Shown here: positions 19,851 through 29,351 of the stretch, one piece after another
Numbering within the stretch: the first letter of the stretch is position 1
How the letters are laid out: the number at the start of each line of letters is the position of its first letter
Origin: an uncultured delta proteobacterium
GTDB lineage: Bacteria > Myxococcota_A > Polyangia > Polyangiales > Polyangiaceae
Length of the DNA: 64,000 nucleotides
Direction: 5' to 3'
Assembly: GCA_963696385.1 (NCBI GenBank)
Contig: CAVOKF010000007.1
Span: forward strand, 96,001-160,000
The notes under the pieces: model-generated
Told to the model about the DNA's origin: nothing
Database searches by the model: none
Seen by the model: only the letters and a program-made list of their open reading frames with translations
Program-made: the position numbers and the translations under genes

Positions 19851-20474
19851 GTGTTGCTCACGGATGGTCCCCTCACGTTGCACGAGTTCATGACCCACGA
19901 GACGGTGCCTCTCGCGGCGATCTTTCGCGAGGTTCTCGCCCAACTCGCGATGAGGCCGGACGCCGTTGTCTTCGGCGCCCACGCTGTGAACGCGTACTGC
20001 GAGCCCGAACGGATGACGGCGGACGTCGATATCCTTTCCACCGATGCGTCGGGTCTCGCCGAGAGAATTCGCGGTACCTTGGCCGAGAAGTTTCACATCG
20101 CAACACGTGTAAAGGAACCCGTCGCCGGCCATTTTCGAGTGTACCAGCTAAGGGCACCAAAGAACCGACACCTGGTCGACGTGCGTGCGGTGCGAATTTT
20201 GCCACCTTACCGCGCTGTCGAGGGGGTGCAGGTGATCGAGCCCGCCGAGCTGGCCGCCATGAAGGCGATCAGCATGACCGCCCGCGGCGGCCAGGAGAAG
20301 GGTCTGTCCGACCGCCTCGACCTGCACCGTCTCTTGCGAGCCTTTCCCGATCTGCGTATCGACGAAGGGGCCGTCGCAGAAAGGATGCGTGCGCTGGGTG
20401 CGGGCGAAGCCGTACTCGCTGCCTGGCGGGAGGTGGTCGCACGGCCGCTCGCGGTGGACGACGACGAGGCCTAG
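19851..20474 (+). CDS. Nucleotidyltransferase, AbiEii/AbiGii-like
   Basis: VFGAHAVNAY...RMTADVDIL (G-x-x-A and RxTxDxD), LAAMKAIS, KGLSDRLDL. Confidence 0.78.
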   Translation: MLLTDGPLTLHEFMTHETVPLAAIFREVLAQLAMRPDAVVFGAHAVNAYCEPERMTADVDILSTDASGLAERIRGTLAEKFHIATRVKEPVAGHFRVYQLRAPKNRHLVDVRAVRILPPYRAVEGVQVIEPAELAAMKAISMTARGGQEKGLSDRLDLHRLLRAFPDLRIDEGAVAERMRALGAGEAVLAAWREVVARPLAVDDDEA

Positions 20475-20528
20475 CGCTTGCCGTCGCGAGCCGGACCGGC
20501 ACCCGCTTTTGTCAACGACCGTCGTGCA

Positions 20529-20653
20529 AAGTCAAAACATTGCGCCCAGCGCGCATTTCGCTCAGCGGGCAACAACGCTACCGAGCGAAGCCCCAGGAAA
20601 TCACGTCGGTCGAGCGCCAGGCGGCAAGGCGGGCGTACCCAGCGCAGGCTGGG
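20529..20653. repeat. ~125-bp intergenic repeat, copy 2, ending in hairpin gtacccagc-gcag-gctgggtac
   Basis: Alignment by eye to 12627-12753. Perfect 9-bp stem. Confidence 0.85.
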
Positions 20654-20676
20654 TACCGTTCAACGGGGCGCTCGGC

Positions 20677-22185
20677 TCAGTGTACGTGGGCGACGCCGCG
20701 ATAAACTTTACCGTAGGTCGGCCCGACCAGGACTCGAAACGACTCGTTGGCCGCCTCGCCCGCCGTCGTGGCGTCGATCCGGTCGGCGATCTCGACGACC
20801 TTGTTCGGATCGGCTCCGTTGTCGCCCGAGGTGCTCGACGTCGACGTCGTGGCCCACAGCGTCACGCGGTCCCCTTCGACGATGCCCGTCAGGTTGCGCA
20901 GACCGATCGTCGTCACATCGGGCCACGGTCCGTCCGCACCGTCCAGGTTGCTGTCCACCGTGCCGATCAGGCCCGCGGTCAGCACGTAATCGAGCTGCCA
21001 CACGCCGTCGACCAGGCTCCACTTCTCGAGTCCCGCGTGGCTCGCTGCGTCGAGGGCACTTCCCGTGCCCTCATCGGTCACATACAGCGTCGTGGGGTTG
21101 GCGAAGAATACGGCGAAGGGCGTGAAGTTGCCGCCGGTCGCCTTGGCGGAATCGGTCGGGAAGCCGGGCAGGACGCTGATCGACGTCGAAGCCGCGTCGG
21201 CCACGGTGGGCAGTGTGCTGACGGTGTAAACCGTATCGATGCCGTTGCTGCCGCTGCCTTTGGTGAAGTAGAGCGCTCCGTCGTACTCGGTCACGCCGCG
21301 AAAATTGTTGTCTTTGCCGGCCTTGTCGAGCTTGGTGCCGAACGTGAGCTGCCTGAGCGGGTCGACTTCCGCCGAGTTGTTGGCTGGAATCGCCACCTTC
21401 GACGACCGTCCGTCGATGGGCGTCACGACCTCGAGGCCCGTGGTCTCGGTGACGTCGGGGTCGGTGCCGTTCGGAGCGAAGGTCGTGGCATTGCCGTTAT
21501 TGGCGTTGCCGACTGCATAGTAAAGCCCATTGGATCCCAGGAGCGCCGACCGGCCGTTATTGCCTCCATAATCGATCGTGGGCGTATAGCGAAGGTGTCC
21601 TTGCTCGTTCACGGACACGATCGTGCGGGCGAAGGCGTAGTTCGAACCGAGCGCAAACGTCACGGGGTTGGTCGGGTCCTGCCCCGCTACTGCGTCGGAG
21701 TTCGACACGTCGAACGCTCCGACTCCGGCGCCGGCATAAGCGACGAACACGAGATGCGCGCCGTCCCCGTCTTTGGCGATGTGCAGGCCGAGCTCCGACT
21801 TGGAGGAGAAACTCGTCGCCACTTCATCGGGCGGCACTGCCAACCGATGCACCACGCGACCGCTGTGCGGCTCGACTTCCACCAGATCGATCGCGGACGT
21901 CACGCCGAAGCTGCCGTCGACCGTTGCATTGTTCCAGACGTGCACGTAGTCGTTGCCGGCGATCGCTGGCGTGGTCGCCGTCGCCGTGTTGGGAAGCGGC
22001 GTACCGACGGTCAGCGATGCGACGGCGCCCTGGAACCTATCGTACGTGCTCGTGCTGATGACGAGCGCGCCCGGATGCAAAAACGGCCGTTCGGCGCGCG
22101 CGACAGCACTCGACGTGCACAGCACGAACAACCCACAGCCAGAGAGAAAGGCTTGCTTTGCCGCTCGTGAAACGACCATGCGCAT
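20677..22185 (-). CDS. Secreted Thr/Gly/Asn-rich beta-propeller-like hypothetical protein
   Basis: Signal peptide ending ARA, TSFSSKSELG, GKDNNFRG, LYFTKGSGSNGI, LYVTDEG, GLEKW. Strong coding codon pattern. Confidence 0.8.
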   Translation of the reverse strand: MRMVVSRAAKQAFLSGCGLFVLCTSSAVARAERPFLHPGALVISTSTYDRFQGAVASLTVGTPLPNTATATTPAIAGNDYVHVWNNATVDGSFGVTSAIDLVEVEPHSGRVVHRLAVPPDEVATSFSSKSELGLHIAKDGDGAHLVFVAYAGAGVGAFDVSNSDAVAGQDPTNPVTFALGSNYAFARTIVSVNEQGHLRYTPTIDYGGNNGRSALLGSNGLYYAVGNANNGNATTFAPNGTDPDVTETTGLEVVTPIDGRSSKVAIPANNSAEVDPLRQLTFGTKLDKAGKDNNFRGVTEYDGALYFTKGSGSNGIDTVYTVSTLPTVADAASTSISVLPGFPTDSAKATGGNFTPFAVFFANPTTLYVTDEGTGSALDAASHAGLEKWSLVDGVWQLDYVLTAGLIGTVDSNLDGADGPWPDVTTIGLRNLTGIVEGDRVTLWATTSTSSTSGDNGADPNKVVEIADRIDATTAGEAANESFRVLVGPTYGKVYRGVAHVH

Positions 22186-22607
22186 GGCACCCTCGGTTCG
22201 ATGGTAAAAAGTGAACGTGGAACAGGACAACGGGGACCTCGGGCCCGCGAGGACCTGCGGGCGGGCAGCCTGGTTGTGGCACGTTCGTTTGCGGGGCCGA
22301 ATGCGTTGCATTTCGGTGAAACCTGGGGCCTGGCCCCGGACACCGAGGCGGATCGCGGCCGCACTCGCGAGAGATGTCGAGAGGATCGCGGTGCTACCGC
22401 GCACAAGGCTTCGTTTGACGCGCCGCGCTGGGCCGCCACCGACGGCTCGTTCGCTGGGCCGCTCGGCTCCGCGGAGTTGACAGCGTGTCTAGTATATGAG
22501 ACTCCTGCTCACGCCGGCGATTCGACCCTCCTTCGCCGGGCATCATCCATTAGTGTCCCTGTCTTCGAGATCCGCTGAATCATTCGGAGCTCCTCGAAGA
22601 CGGGACA

Positions 22608-23054
22608 CTAGGCTCGTGCCTCGAGCGTTTTCGAACTTGCTCGCTTGTTGTCCAGCGCGTCGAAAACGGCCATGGCCAGAAGCATCGAGCCGACGAAGGC
22701 AAGGACGGGCGTCTCGCCGGTGACCGCGGAAACAACCGCCGGACCGGGGCAAAAACCGCCGAGTCCCCACCCCATGCCGAAGAGGCTTGCGCCGCCGACG
22801 AGCGATGCGTCGACGGAGGTCGCGGCCGGCAAGGAGAAGGCGGACGCCAAAAGGGGCGCCCCTCGCCTCTTGGCGAACCGAAAGAAGACGAAGCTCACGA
22901 GCAGGCCGCCGGCCATGACCAAGGCGAGGCTCGGGTCCCATGCGCCGGTGAAGTCGAGGAAGGCCAAAATCTTGGACGGGTGCGTCATTCCGGAGATGCC
23001 GAGGCCGACGGCGAAGAGGACGCCGCTCACGTAACTGACGGCCAGCCGGATCAC
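22608..23054 (-). CDS. YeeE/YedE family sulfur-compound transporter subunit
   Basis: GLGISGMTHPSKILAFLDFTGAWDPSL, GWGLGGFCPGP. Confidence 0.92.
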   Translation of the reverse strand: MIRLAVSYVSGVLFAVGLGISGMTHPSKILAFLDFTGAWDPSLALVMAGGLLVSFVFFRFAKRRGAPLLASAFSLPAATSVDASLVGGASLFGMGWGLGGFCPGPAVVSAVTGETPVLAFVGSMLLAMAVFDALDNKRASSKTLEARA

Positions 23055-23503
23055 GACGCGCCTGCTGCGAGATGAAGCACGTGTCTCACGACGAACACGG
23101 TGGCCGCACCCGTCGCCATGAAGACCGATGTCGCGACGGTCGAGCGCTTGGACAGGCGGGCGATCCCGCACAGTCCGTGGCCGCTCGTGCACCCGTTGCC
23201 GAGGCGCGTTCCGAAACCGACGAGCAGGCCCGACACGATCGCAACGGCGGCCGTTTGCTCGGACGCGAATACCAAGGTCGATCGATCCACGAGCCTCAGG
23301 GCGAACCCGCCGGTGAGCAAACCGGCGAGAAACACGAGGCGCCAATTCCGATCGTCTGCGGCGACCCACGGAATTTCGCCGAGGATCCCGCTGATGCCGA
23401 GGATGCGGCCGTTGATGACGAAAAGGAGGGAGCACGCAACGCCCAGCAAGAGACCGCCGAGCGACGATGCGACGGGGGTGAAATGATTCATGATCGGATC
23501 CAT
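23051..23503 (-). CDS. YeeE/YedE family sulfur-compound transporter subunit
   Basis: NGRILGISGI, GFGTRLGNGCTSGHGLCGIARLSKRS. Confidence 0.93.
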   Translation of the reverse strand: MDPIMNHFTPVASSLGGLLLGVACSLLFVINGRILGISGILGEIPWVAADDRNWRLVFLAGLLTGGFALRLVDRSTLVFASEQTAAVAIVSGLLVGFGTRLGNGCTSGHGLCGIARLSKRSTVATSVFMATGAATVFVVRHVLHLAAGAS

Positions 23504-23782
23504 GCCCTTTCGATGCGGAGACCCACGGAGCCGAGCGGCGTGCGCCTCGCCTCGTCTTATATCCTAGACTTCCTTTCCGAGCCGCTGCCAACCCGGGTCT
23601 AGGCTCGAGAGCGCACGATCGCGTCATCGACCCTCTTGTCCGATTCCCTCTTGGCAATGGACGTTCGTGTCTGTTATAGCGGATGCTTCCTTGCGAGGCC
23701 TCGGCCGGTAGCGCGGCAGGTGTTTGCCACCGCTCGGGTCTTTGCGTTCCGGCAGTTGCTCCCTCCGTCACGGGGAATCCGA

Positions 23783-25396
23783 ATGGCACGTTCTTTTTTG
23801 ATGTTCATGGCCTTCACCTTCGCTTGGTCCACGATCGACCCGGCGCACGCCCAGAGCGCGGCGGCTTCGGCGGCTTCGGCGCCCTTGCCGTCGCCGCTTC
23901 CGTCCGGCACCACCGCAGCGCAACCGCCAGCGCTGGAACAGCCGCCGGCCGTCGCACCCACGCAACCGGCTCGACCGACTCCCGCAGCCGAGGGCAGTCC
24001 TTCCGTGCCGGTTTTGCCCTCGTCGATGGAGAGCCCCGTCGCCCCGCAGTCGGCCCCGATCGGCTTGTCTCCGAACGCGGCTCCCGCGGCGACGCCGGAA
24101 GGCCCACCGGGAATCCGCGAGTTACGCGCCACGCCAACCGCCAAGGGCGGCCCGGGGGACCCGGCCTCGGTTGCCGCCGGACCGGGAGGCTTCGGCCTGA
24201 GCTCCCACGACAAGCGGTGGCAGATTCGCTTTCGAGCCCTGGTTCAAGCCGACGGCCGTTTTTGGTTTGACGACACCCAACGGCCCGAGATCAACACGTT
24301 TCTCATTCGGCGGGCCCAGCCCTACATCGAGGGAAGCATGCCATACGGCGTGTCGTTCCTCGTCAACCCCGATTTCGGAGGTGGAACGACCGTGCTCCAG
24401 GATGCCTACCTCGGTCTCGATCTGGACGACGCGTTGAGGTTTCGCTTCGGCAAGTTCCGTCCGCCGTTCGGCCTCGAGCGCTTGCAGCCGACGTCCAACT
24501 TGTCGTTCGTCGAGTTCGGCCTGCCGACGCTGCTCACGCCGAATCGAGACGTCGGGGCCATGGTCCACGGCGATCTTTTCAAAGGCATCTTCGGCTATGC
24601 GGGCGGCATCTTCAACGGAGTGCCCGACAACGGCAGCGCGGACCTCGCGAACGACAGCCCCAAGGAGTTTGCAGGGCGGGCTTACTTTCGCCCCTTCAGA
24701 CTGCTCCGACCCGAGTTGCTGGGCCGGCTCTTCGTGGGCGTCGCCACGACCTTCGGGCGCGTGCACGGAAACCCGACGAATACCTCGCTGACCAACCCAG
24801 CATCGACTCCCGCGTACAAGACACCTGGACAGATCAACGACTTCACCTACATCACAGCCGCGTCCGGCACGACGGCCAATTATGCGAACACCGTCGTCGC
24901 GAACGGCCCCCACAATCGCTACGGAGCGTACTTGTACGAGGCCATCGGCCCGCTCGGCATTCTCGGCGAGTACTACATCTCCGATCAGGAGGTTGGGCGC
25001 GCAGGCTACCCCAACACTTGGGTCAGCAACCACGCGTACCAGGCCCAGGCCACCTTCCTCTTGTTCGGCGCGCAGGCATCCTACGACTTCGTGCACGTGG
25101 AGACGCCCGTCGAGCCGGCCGCGGGCCATTTCGGAGCGCTCGAGCTTGCCGGCCGAGTGGGTCACCTTGGCATCGATCGCGACGCCTTTCCCACCTTTGC
25201 ATCGCCAACCGGATCGGCCCACGGCGCGACGGAGGTCACGGCCGGGATCAACTGGTACTGGAGCGACAACGCCAAGTTCGTGGTCAACTGGGATCACACC
25301 GAATTTCAGGGCGGGGCCAGCACGCCAGCGGAGCTGGCGATCGGCCATCGCGAGGCCGAAAATATCATCTTTCTTCGCGCGCAAGTCGTCTATTGA
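23783..25396 (+). CDS. OprO/OprP-family anion-selective porin
   Basis: Signal peptide, Pro-rich linker, QADGRF, FLIRRAQP, QDAY, GKFRPPFGLERLQ, PNRDVG, GINWY, C-terminal aromatic residue. Confidence 0.88.
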   Translation: MARSFLMFMAFTFAWSTIDPAHAQSAAASAASAPLPSPLPSGTTAAQPPALEQPPAVAPTQPARPTPAAEGSPSVPVLPSSMESPVAPQSAPIGLSPNAAPAATPEGPPGIRELRATPTAKGGPGDPASVAAGPGGFGLSSHDKRWQIRFRALVQADGRFWFDDTQRPEINTFLIRRAQPYIEGSMPYGVSFLVNPDFGGGTTVLQDAYLGLDLDDALRFRFGKFRPPFGLERLQPTSNLSFVEFGLPTLLTPNRDVGAMVHGDLFKGIFGYAGGIFNGVPDNGSADLANDSPKEFAGRAYFRPFRLLRPELLGRLFVGVATTFGRVHGNPTNTSLTNPASTPAYKTPGQINDFTYITAASGTTANYANTVVANGPHNRYGAYLYEAIGPLGILGEYYISDQEVGRAGYPNTWVSNHAYQAQATFLLFGAQASYDFVHVETPVEPAAGHFGALELAGRVGHLGIDRDAFPTFASPTGSAHGATEVTAGINWYWSDNAKFVVNWDHTEFQGGASTPAELAIGHREAENIIFLRAQVVY

Positions 25397-25436
25397 GGCC
25401 TGCGAAACCGCACTGGCCCGACCCAAGGAGATCAGG

Positions 25437-25796
25437 ATGCTCTTACCTTTCGTTTTGCGATGGTCCGCTTTGACCCTGGTCGCCGCTATGCTTTCGGGCT
25501 GCCAGGGAGACGACAACACGCTGCCGTTGCCGCCCGACGCGAGCTCGGACGCACACGCGGACGCCACTGCGCACGACGGCGCGACGGAAGCGGCCTCCGA
25601 GGCCGCGGCGGATGCCGGCGCACAGACCGATTCGGGCGACGCGGCGGCACCTTTGGGCGATTCCACCACCGACACGTCGAGCGGCGAAGATGCCGCGGAC
25701 GACGGCGCCCCCCTGGTCGACGCCAGTGATGCCGCCGAGGACGACGGCGCCCCGCTGGTCGACGCCGGCGATGCCGGCGATGCCGCGTCGCCCTAA
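25437..25796 (+). CDS. Small acidic low-complexity lipoprotein
   Basis: AAGGAG RBS, LSGC lipobox, duplicated DAA(D/E)DGAPLVDA motif. Confidence 0.75.
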   Translation: MLLPFVLRWSALTLVAAMLSGCQGDDNTLPLPPDASSDAHADATAHDGATEAASEAAADAGAQTDSGDAAAPLGDSTTDTSSGEDAADDGAPLVDASDAAEDDGAPLVDAGDAGDAASP

Positions 25797-26157
25797 CCGG
25801 CGGACTCCGAAATGGCACGGAAGGGCCCGCGCTGCCGCCTTGCGCACCTCCGCGTCCGCGTCGTCCCCCGCGAGGGGCTCGGCGCATCTGCCAATCGGAG
25901 TCCGATAGCGCCTTGACGAAATCCGCATGAGGGGCCGAGTCGCGGAAGAATGCGAGCGCCCCGATCGCGACCCGACGCACGCTCGGCTCGGAATCGTGCA
26001 AGGACGTGCGCAGCACTTCGATCGTGTCGGGCATCCGCAAGTACCCGAGCGAGATAACCGCCTCTCGCCGGACATCCGGCGACGGATCGCGCGTGGCGAG
26101 GGCGAGCGCGCCGAGCGCGCGTCCGTCCTTGTGCTCGCGCAGGGCCACGATCAAGGC
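25793..26157 (-). pseudogene. HEAT-repeat protein remnant
   Basis: DPSPDVRREAVISLG, DSEPSVRRVAIGAL, DSDWQMR, then a frame change to DDADAEVRKAAARAL. 5' end truncated. Confidence 0.75.
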
Positions 26158-26228
26158 TGCGTGCGCCGGCCCATCGTGAACACCGATTCCAGCCCATCGT
26201 GAACACCCGTTCCACCATCGTGAACACC
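26158..26228 (+). mobile_element. Orphan IS21-like terminus with three tandem CCATCGTGAACACC boxes
   Basis: Starts TGCGT and has three 14-bp boxes at about 21-23-bp period, resembling IS21 multiple terminal repeats. Abuts the HEAT truncation. Confidence 0.6.
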
Positions 26229-26651
26229 CCCGCGTCGGCGACGCCCGCAATCTGGCGGCGCGCACCCAACGAGCGTGCGTTGTCATGTCCGTCAGTACCG
26301 GGCGGCCGAGCAGGCCTTCGCCGACACATCCGAGCCGCGCCACGGCAACGACGACGACATCCCCGAGCACGAAACGGACGACGACGGCCTCTTCTGACCC
26401 TCGCGTCCTCGCCAAACCACGGACCCCGGCGCCGGCCTCGAGCCCGCTGGGGGACGTTTCGTCGAGAGCCCGTCACTGCGCCCCCATCGCAGTCACTCCC
26501 TTCACCGCGACCAACCCCCCGTCTACCCGTGTCACGACGCGTCCGCCGCGAATTTCCACGTCGGTCTACGGGAGCTGCAGCTCACTCGCATGTGAAAAGC
26601 TCCAGAACACAATCCGTCCCAGATCCTTGATCTCATCTCCGTCTCGGTGCA

Positions 26652-27170
26652 CTAGTCGCCAAGATCGCCATCGCACGCGCCCACCGAACCCCACGGCTCG
26701 GTGGCGTAGTCGCACTTCACGACAGTGTGACCGCTACATGCGCAGACCAGGATGGCGCACGCGTCCTCGGGCTCGCCGCCGCAGACCGGGTGAGCCTCGG
26801 CTCCGCAGCCCGCCGTCTCGTACCTGAGCACGAGTGGTGGCGAACACCCGCTGGTGTCGTTGGGCGCGTCTGACGCGTCCGTTGCGTCGAGGGTGGCATC
26901 GACCGGCCCCAACTCGGGCAATGCATCCGTCGCGTCGAGGGTGGCATCGACCGGCCCCAACTCGGGCAATGCATCCGTCGCGTCGAGGGTGCTGTCGACG
27001 GGTGCCGCCTCCGACAGCCCGTTCGTCGCGTCCATGCTGGCATCGAGAAGTGCCGCTTCGGCTCCGTTCGCGTCGGAGGCTTCGGGGTACGGGTGGGTCG
27101 CCGAGGAGCACCCGGCGAGTCCGGCGCAGGCGAACAAGAGGAACAGTCCTAACCGAGAGCGAGCTTCCAT
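26652..27170 (-). CDS. Lipoprotein with DAT repeats and Cys-rich C-terminal domain
   Basis: LAGC lipobox, DATDALPELGPVDATL twice, C-terminal Cys cluster. Confidence 0.8.
   Translation of the reverse strand: MEARSRLGLFLLFACAGLAGCSSATHPYPEASDANGAEAALLDASMDATNGLSEAAPVDSTLDATDALPELGPVDATLDATDALPELGPVDATLDATDASDAPNDTSGCSPPLVLRYETAGCGAEAHPVCGGEPEDACAILVCACSGHTVVKCDYATEPWGSVGACDGDLGD
26884..26991. repeat. 48-bp in-frame tandem repeat (2.25 copies)
   Basis: gcgtcgagggtggcatcgaccggccccaactcgggcaatgcatccgtc repeated exactly. Confidence 0.95.
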
Positions 27171-27329
27171 GTTCACGAGTCGCGTACTTGGCGCGATCGT
27201 GAAGCGCGATGAGGACTTGTCCACTGCTTGAACGCAACTCGAAGTCGTAGGTCTCGTGGTCAGCGCACCTGCGCAAAGCGCCGCTCGCGAGATGGTCATC
27301 CCCACCCGAAAACCATACTGCATGCCAGG

Positions 27330-28520
27330 TGTGGTGGTCAACAAGTCGTTCGGCAGTCACGCAGCCCTTGAGTAACGGTGGTGGAGCCCACCGACGCGGG
27401 GAAGCTCGACGACCCTGCCACCGCTCGGCGGTTGGACGGCGCGCGCGACCGGCGCGTCGCGACCGAGAGACATGTGAGGTCGGTCCTCGTTGCAATAGGC
27501 GACATGCTGGCGGAGCAGGCGCAGCAGATGCCGCTCCCCAAGCACGATGACGTGATCGAGCAGCTCGCGACGTACCGTGCCGATCCATCTTTCCGCGTAT
27601 CCGTTTTGCCACGGAGAACGCGGCGAGGTGCGCACCTTCCGGACGCCGAGGTGGTCGACCCGTGCGTCGAACGCCGCGCCGAAGATGGCATTTCGATCTC
27701 GGGTCAGCCGCGCCGGCACGCTCGCCGCGCCGATGGCATTTACGATCTGCTGCGCGGCCCACGCGGCGTACGGGTGCGCCGTCACGTTGACGTGCAGCAC
27801 ACGGCGCCGGTCGAGCGAGAGGACGAAAAAGACCTAGAGGACGTGGAACGCGACCGTTGGCACGGTCAGAAAGTCGATCGCGATCGCTCCCCTCGAGATG
27901 GTCGCGGAGAAGGTCTTCCACGTCTGCGACGGGGGACGGCGTGGTCGCGGAGCTGGCTTCGGCATGTACTTGGCGACCATGTCCTTGTCGCGGCATGACC
28001 GAGCTTCGCCAGCTCGCTGGCGATTCTCCGCCGGCTCCACAGCGGATTCTCGCGCGGCATCTGCTCGATGAGGCTCACCAGCTCCGGCGCCAGGCGCGGC
28101 CGACCCACGGGGCGAGACCTCCACGCCCACTACCGAGCGGAGCCCCGCCGATGCCATGCGATCACGGTCGCCGGTTCGACGATCGCGAGGCACTCCGCCC
28201 ACCGCGACCACGCACGGGCGACGATGACCCAAAACGCGCGGTCGACCGGCCGGAGCCGCGGCCGAGGCGTTGCCCGACGAAGAATCGCGAGTTGCTGGCG
28301 AAGCGCGAGGTTCTCTGCAACGAGGCTCGCACGAGGCCGCAGCGCGGAGCGCAGCGTTCCGATAACGGCTTGCAGGATGGCGAGCATCGCGGCGAGGTTC
28401 GCGCCGGCCGCGCTCCCTGTCACTCGCGAATCGCTGCGGCCGACGCGGTATGCTGGGCGTTGGCTCCGCATCCGCTGCGTCCGAAGGAATCCTGAGAAAA
28501 TGCATTTTTTCGTCAGCACA
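27330..28520 (-). mobile_element. Degenerate rve-integrase element. The transposase (27357-28387) carries multiple frameshifts and a stop.
   Basis: Pieces AENLALRQQLAIL, ENPLWSRRRIASELAKLG, AIDFLTVPT, SPWQNGYAERWIGTVRRELLDH, VGGLHHRYSRAA in different frames. TGTG...CACA ends. Confidence 0.85.
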
Positions 28521-28694
28521 AGCGCCGCGGTCCGCCCTCTACGGCTGAGCTATGGTGCCAAAGATCGTGTGACGCGACGCGCCCGTGACGAGCGGATCGC
28601 CGCGGCGTAGGTGCCTGGACGCGGGCATTGACGTAAACGATGGTGGTGCGAGTCTTCCGGCCGTGGCGTGCGAAGCGAATGGAACTCAGGCGCA

Positions 28695-29042
28695 ATGTTA
28701 ATGTGCGTCGTCTTCGCCGCCGCCATCGCGGGCCTCATCGCTTGGATAGGTTGGCTATGGCGACGGACGCCGGCACCCTTCTGGACGGGCCTCGTGGCGC
28801 TCATTCCAGTCGGCCTCGGGGGATGGTGCGTCGTTGCAATGGCGGCCGCCTTCATCGCGGCACAACGGGTGCCCGAGACCTTGTCTGCGCGTGAACAGTC
28901 GCGGCAGATCGCGCTGCATGACGAACACGCTTATCGGTGGGGCCTGCGATTCTGGGGAGCGGGCCTAGTGTCCGCCGGTTGGCTCCTATTCGTCATGTGG
29001 CGATGGGAGGCATTGGACCAGCCGCCCCGAGTAACCCGGTAG
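28695..29042 (+). CDS. Small hypothetical membrane protein
   Basis: Three hydrophobic segments. Confidence 0.5.
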   Translation: MLMCVVFAAAIAGLIAWIGWLWRRTPAPFWTGLVALIPVGLGGWCVVAMAAAFIAAQRVPETLSAREQSRQIALHDEHAYRWGLRFWGAGLVSAGWLLFVMWRWEALDQPPRVTR

Positions 29043-29129
29043 GCGACGGTGCCGAAGCGGTTCGCGATTGCACGGACGACGAACGCCCCAAAGGCGTTAT
29101 ATGTGACCGCGGTGGCTTCCGCGGCTCTT

Positions 29130-29243
29130 CGCGGCGCCGACGCGACTCACACCAACGCGCAGGGGGCGGCCATCAACGTGGGCTTCATCCGGACGGCCAT
29201 TCAGCAGCTCAACATTACTCCGCTCGTCAATTACTTACGCTGA
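29130..29243 (+). pseudogene. C-terminal remnant of a second SGNH/CE12 esterase
   Basis: DATHTNAQGAA...QLNITPLVNYLR parallels DKAHFDKAGAT...NSPLAAYLK of 11436-12509. Confidence 0.55.
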
Positions 29244-29351
29244 GGCGCTCGTTGCGGGTGCCGTTCGGCAGAAGTCTTGCCAGACCCGTCGTGACGAGGA
29301 TGGGCTCGAGGCGGGGGGGGTGGCCGGGACGGCGGCGTCGTCCACCCGTGT

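Noticed and set aside
8897..20525. DGR template/variable repeat pair at a gene 3' end
   Set aside because: The differences are a GAC indel plus G/C and G/T changes, not adenine-specific, and there is no reverse transcriptase in the window.
20389..22170. 593-aa plus-strand ORF
   Set aside because: Antisense shadow of the secreted protein gene at 20677-22185.
26171..26228. Possible mini-CRISPR array
   Set aside because: Repeats are 14 bp with 7-9-bp gaps, far too short, and no cas genes are present. An IS terminus explains it better.
26230..26640. Possible transposase C-terminal relic ending DDDGLF-stop
   Set aside because: Too short and lacking diagnostic motifs to assign.
26884..26991. 48-bp repeat as a non-coding array
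   Set aside because: It is an in-frame coding repeat in a lipoprotein linker, with no spacers.
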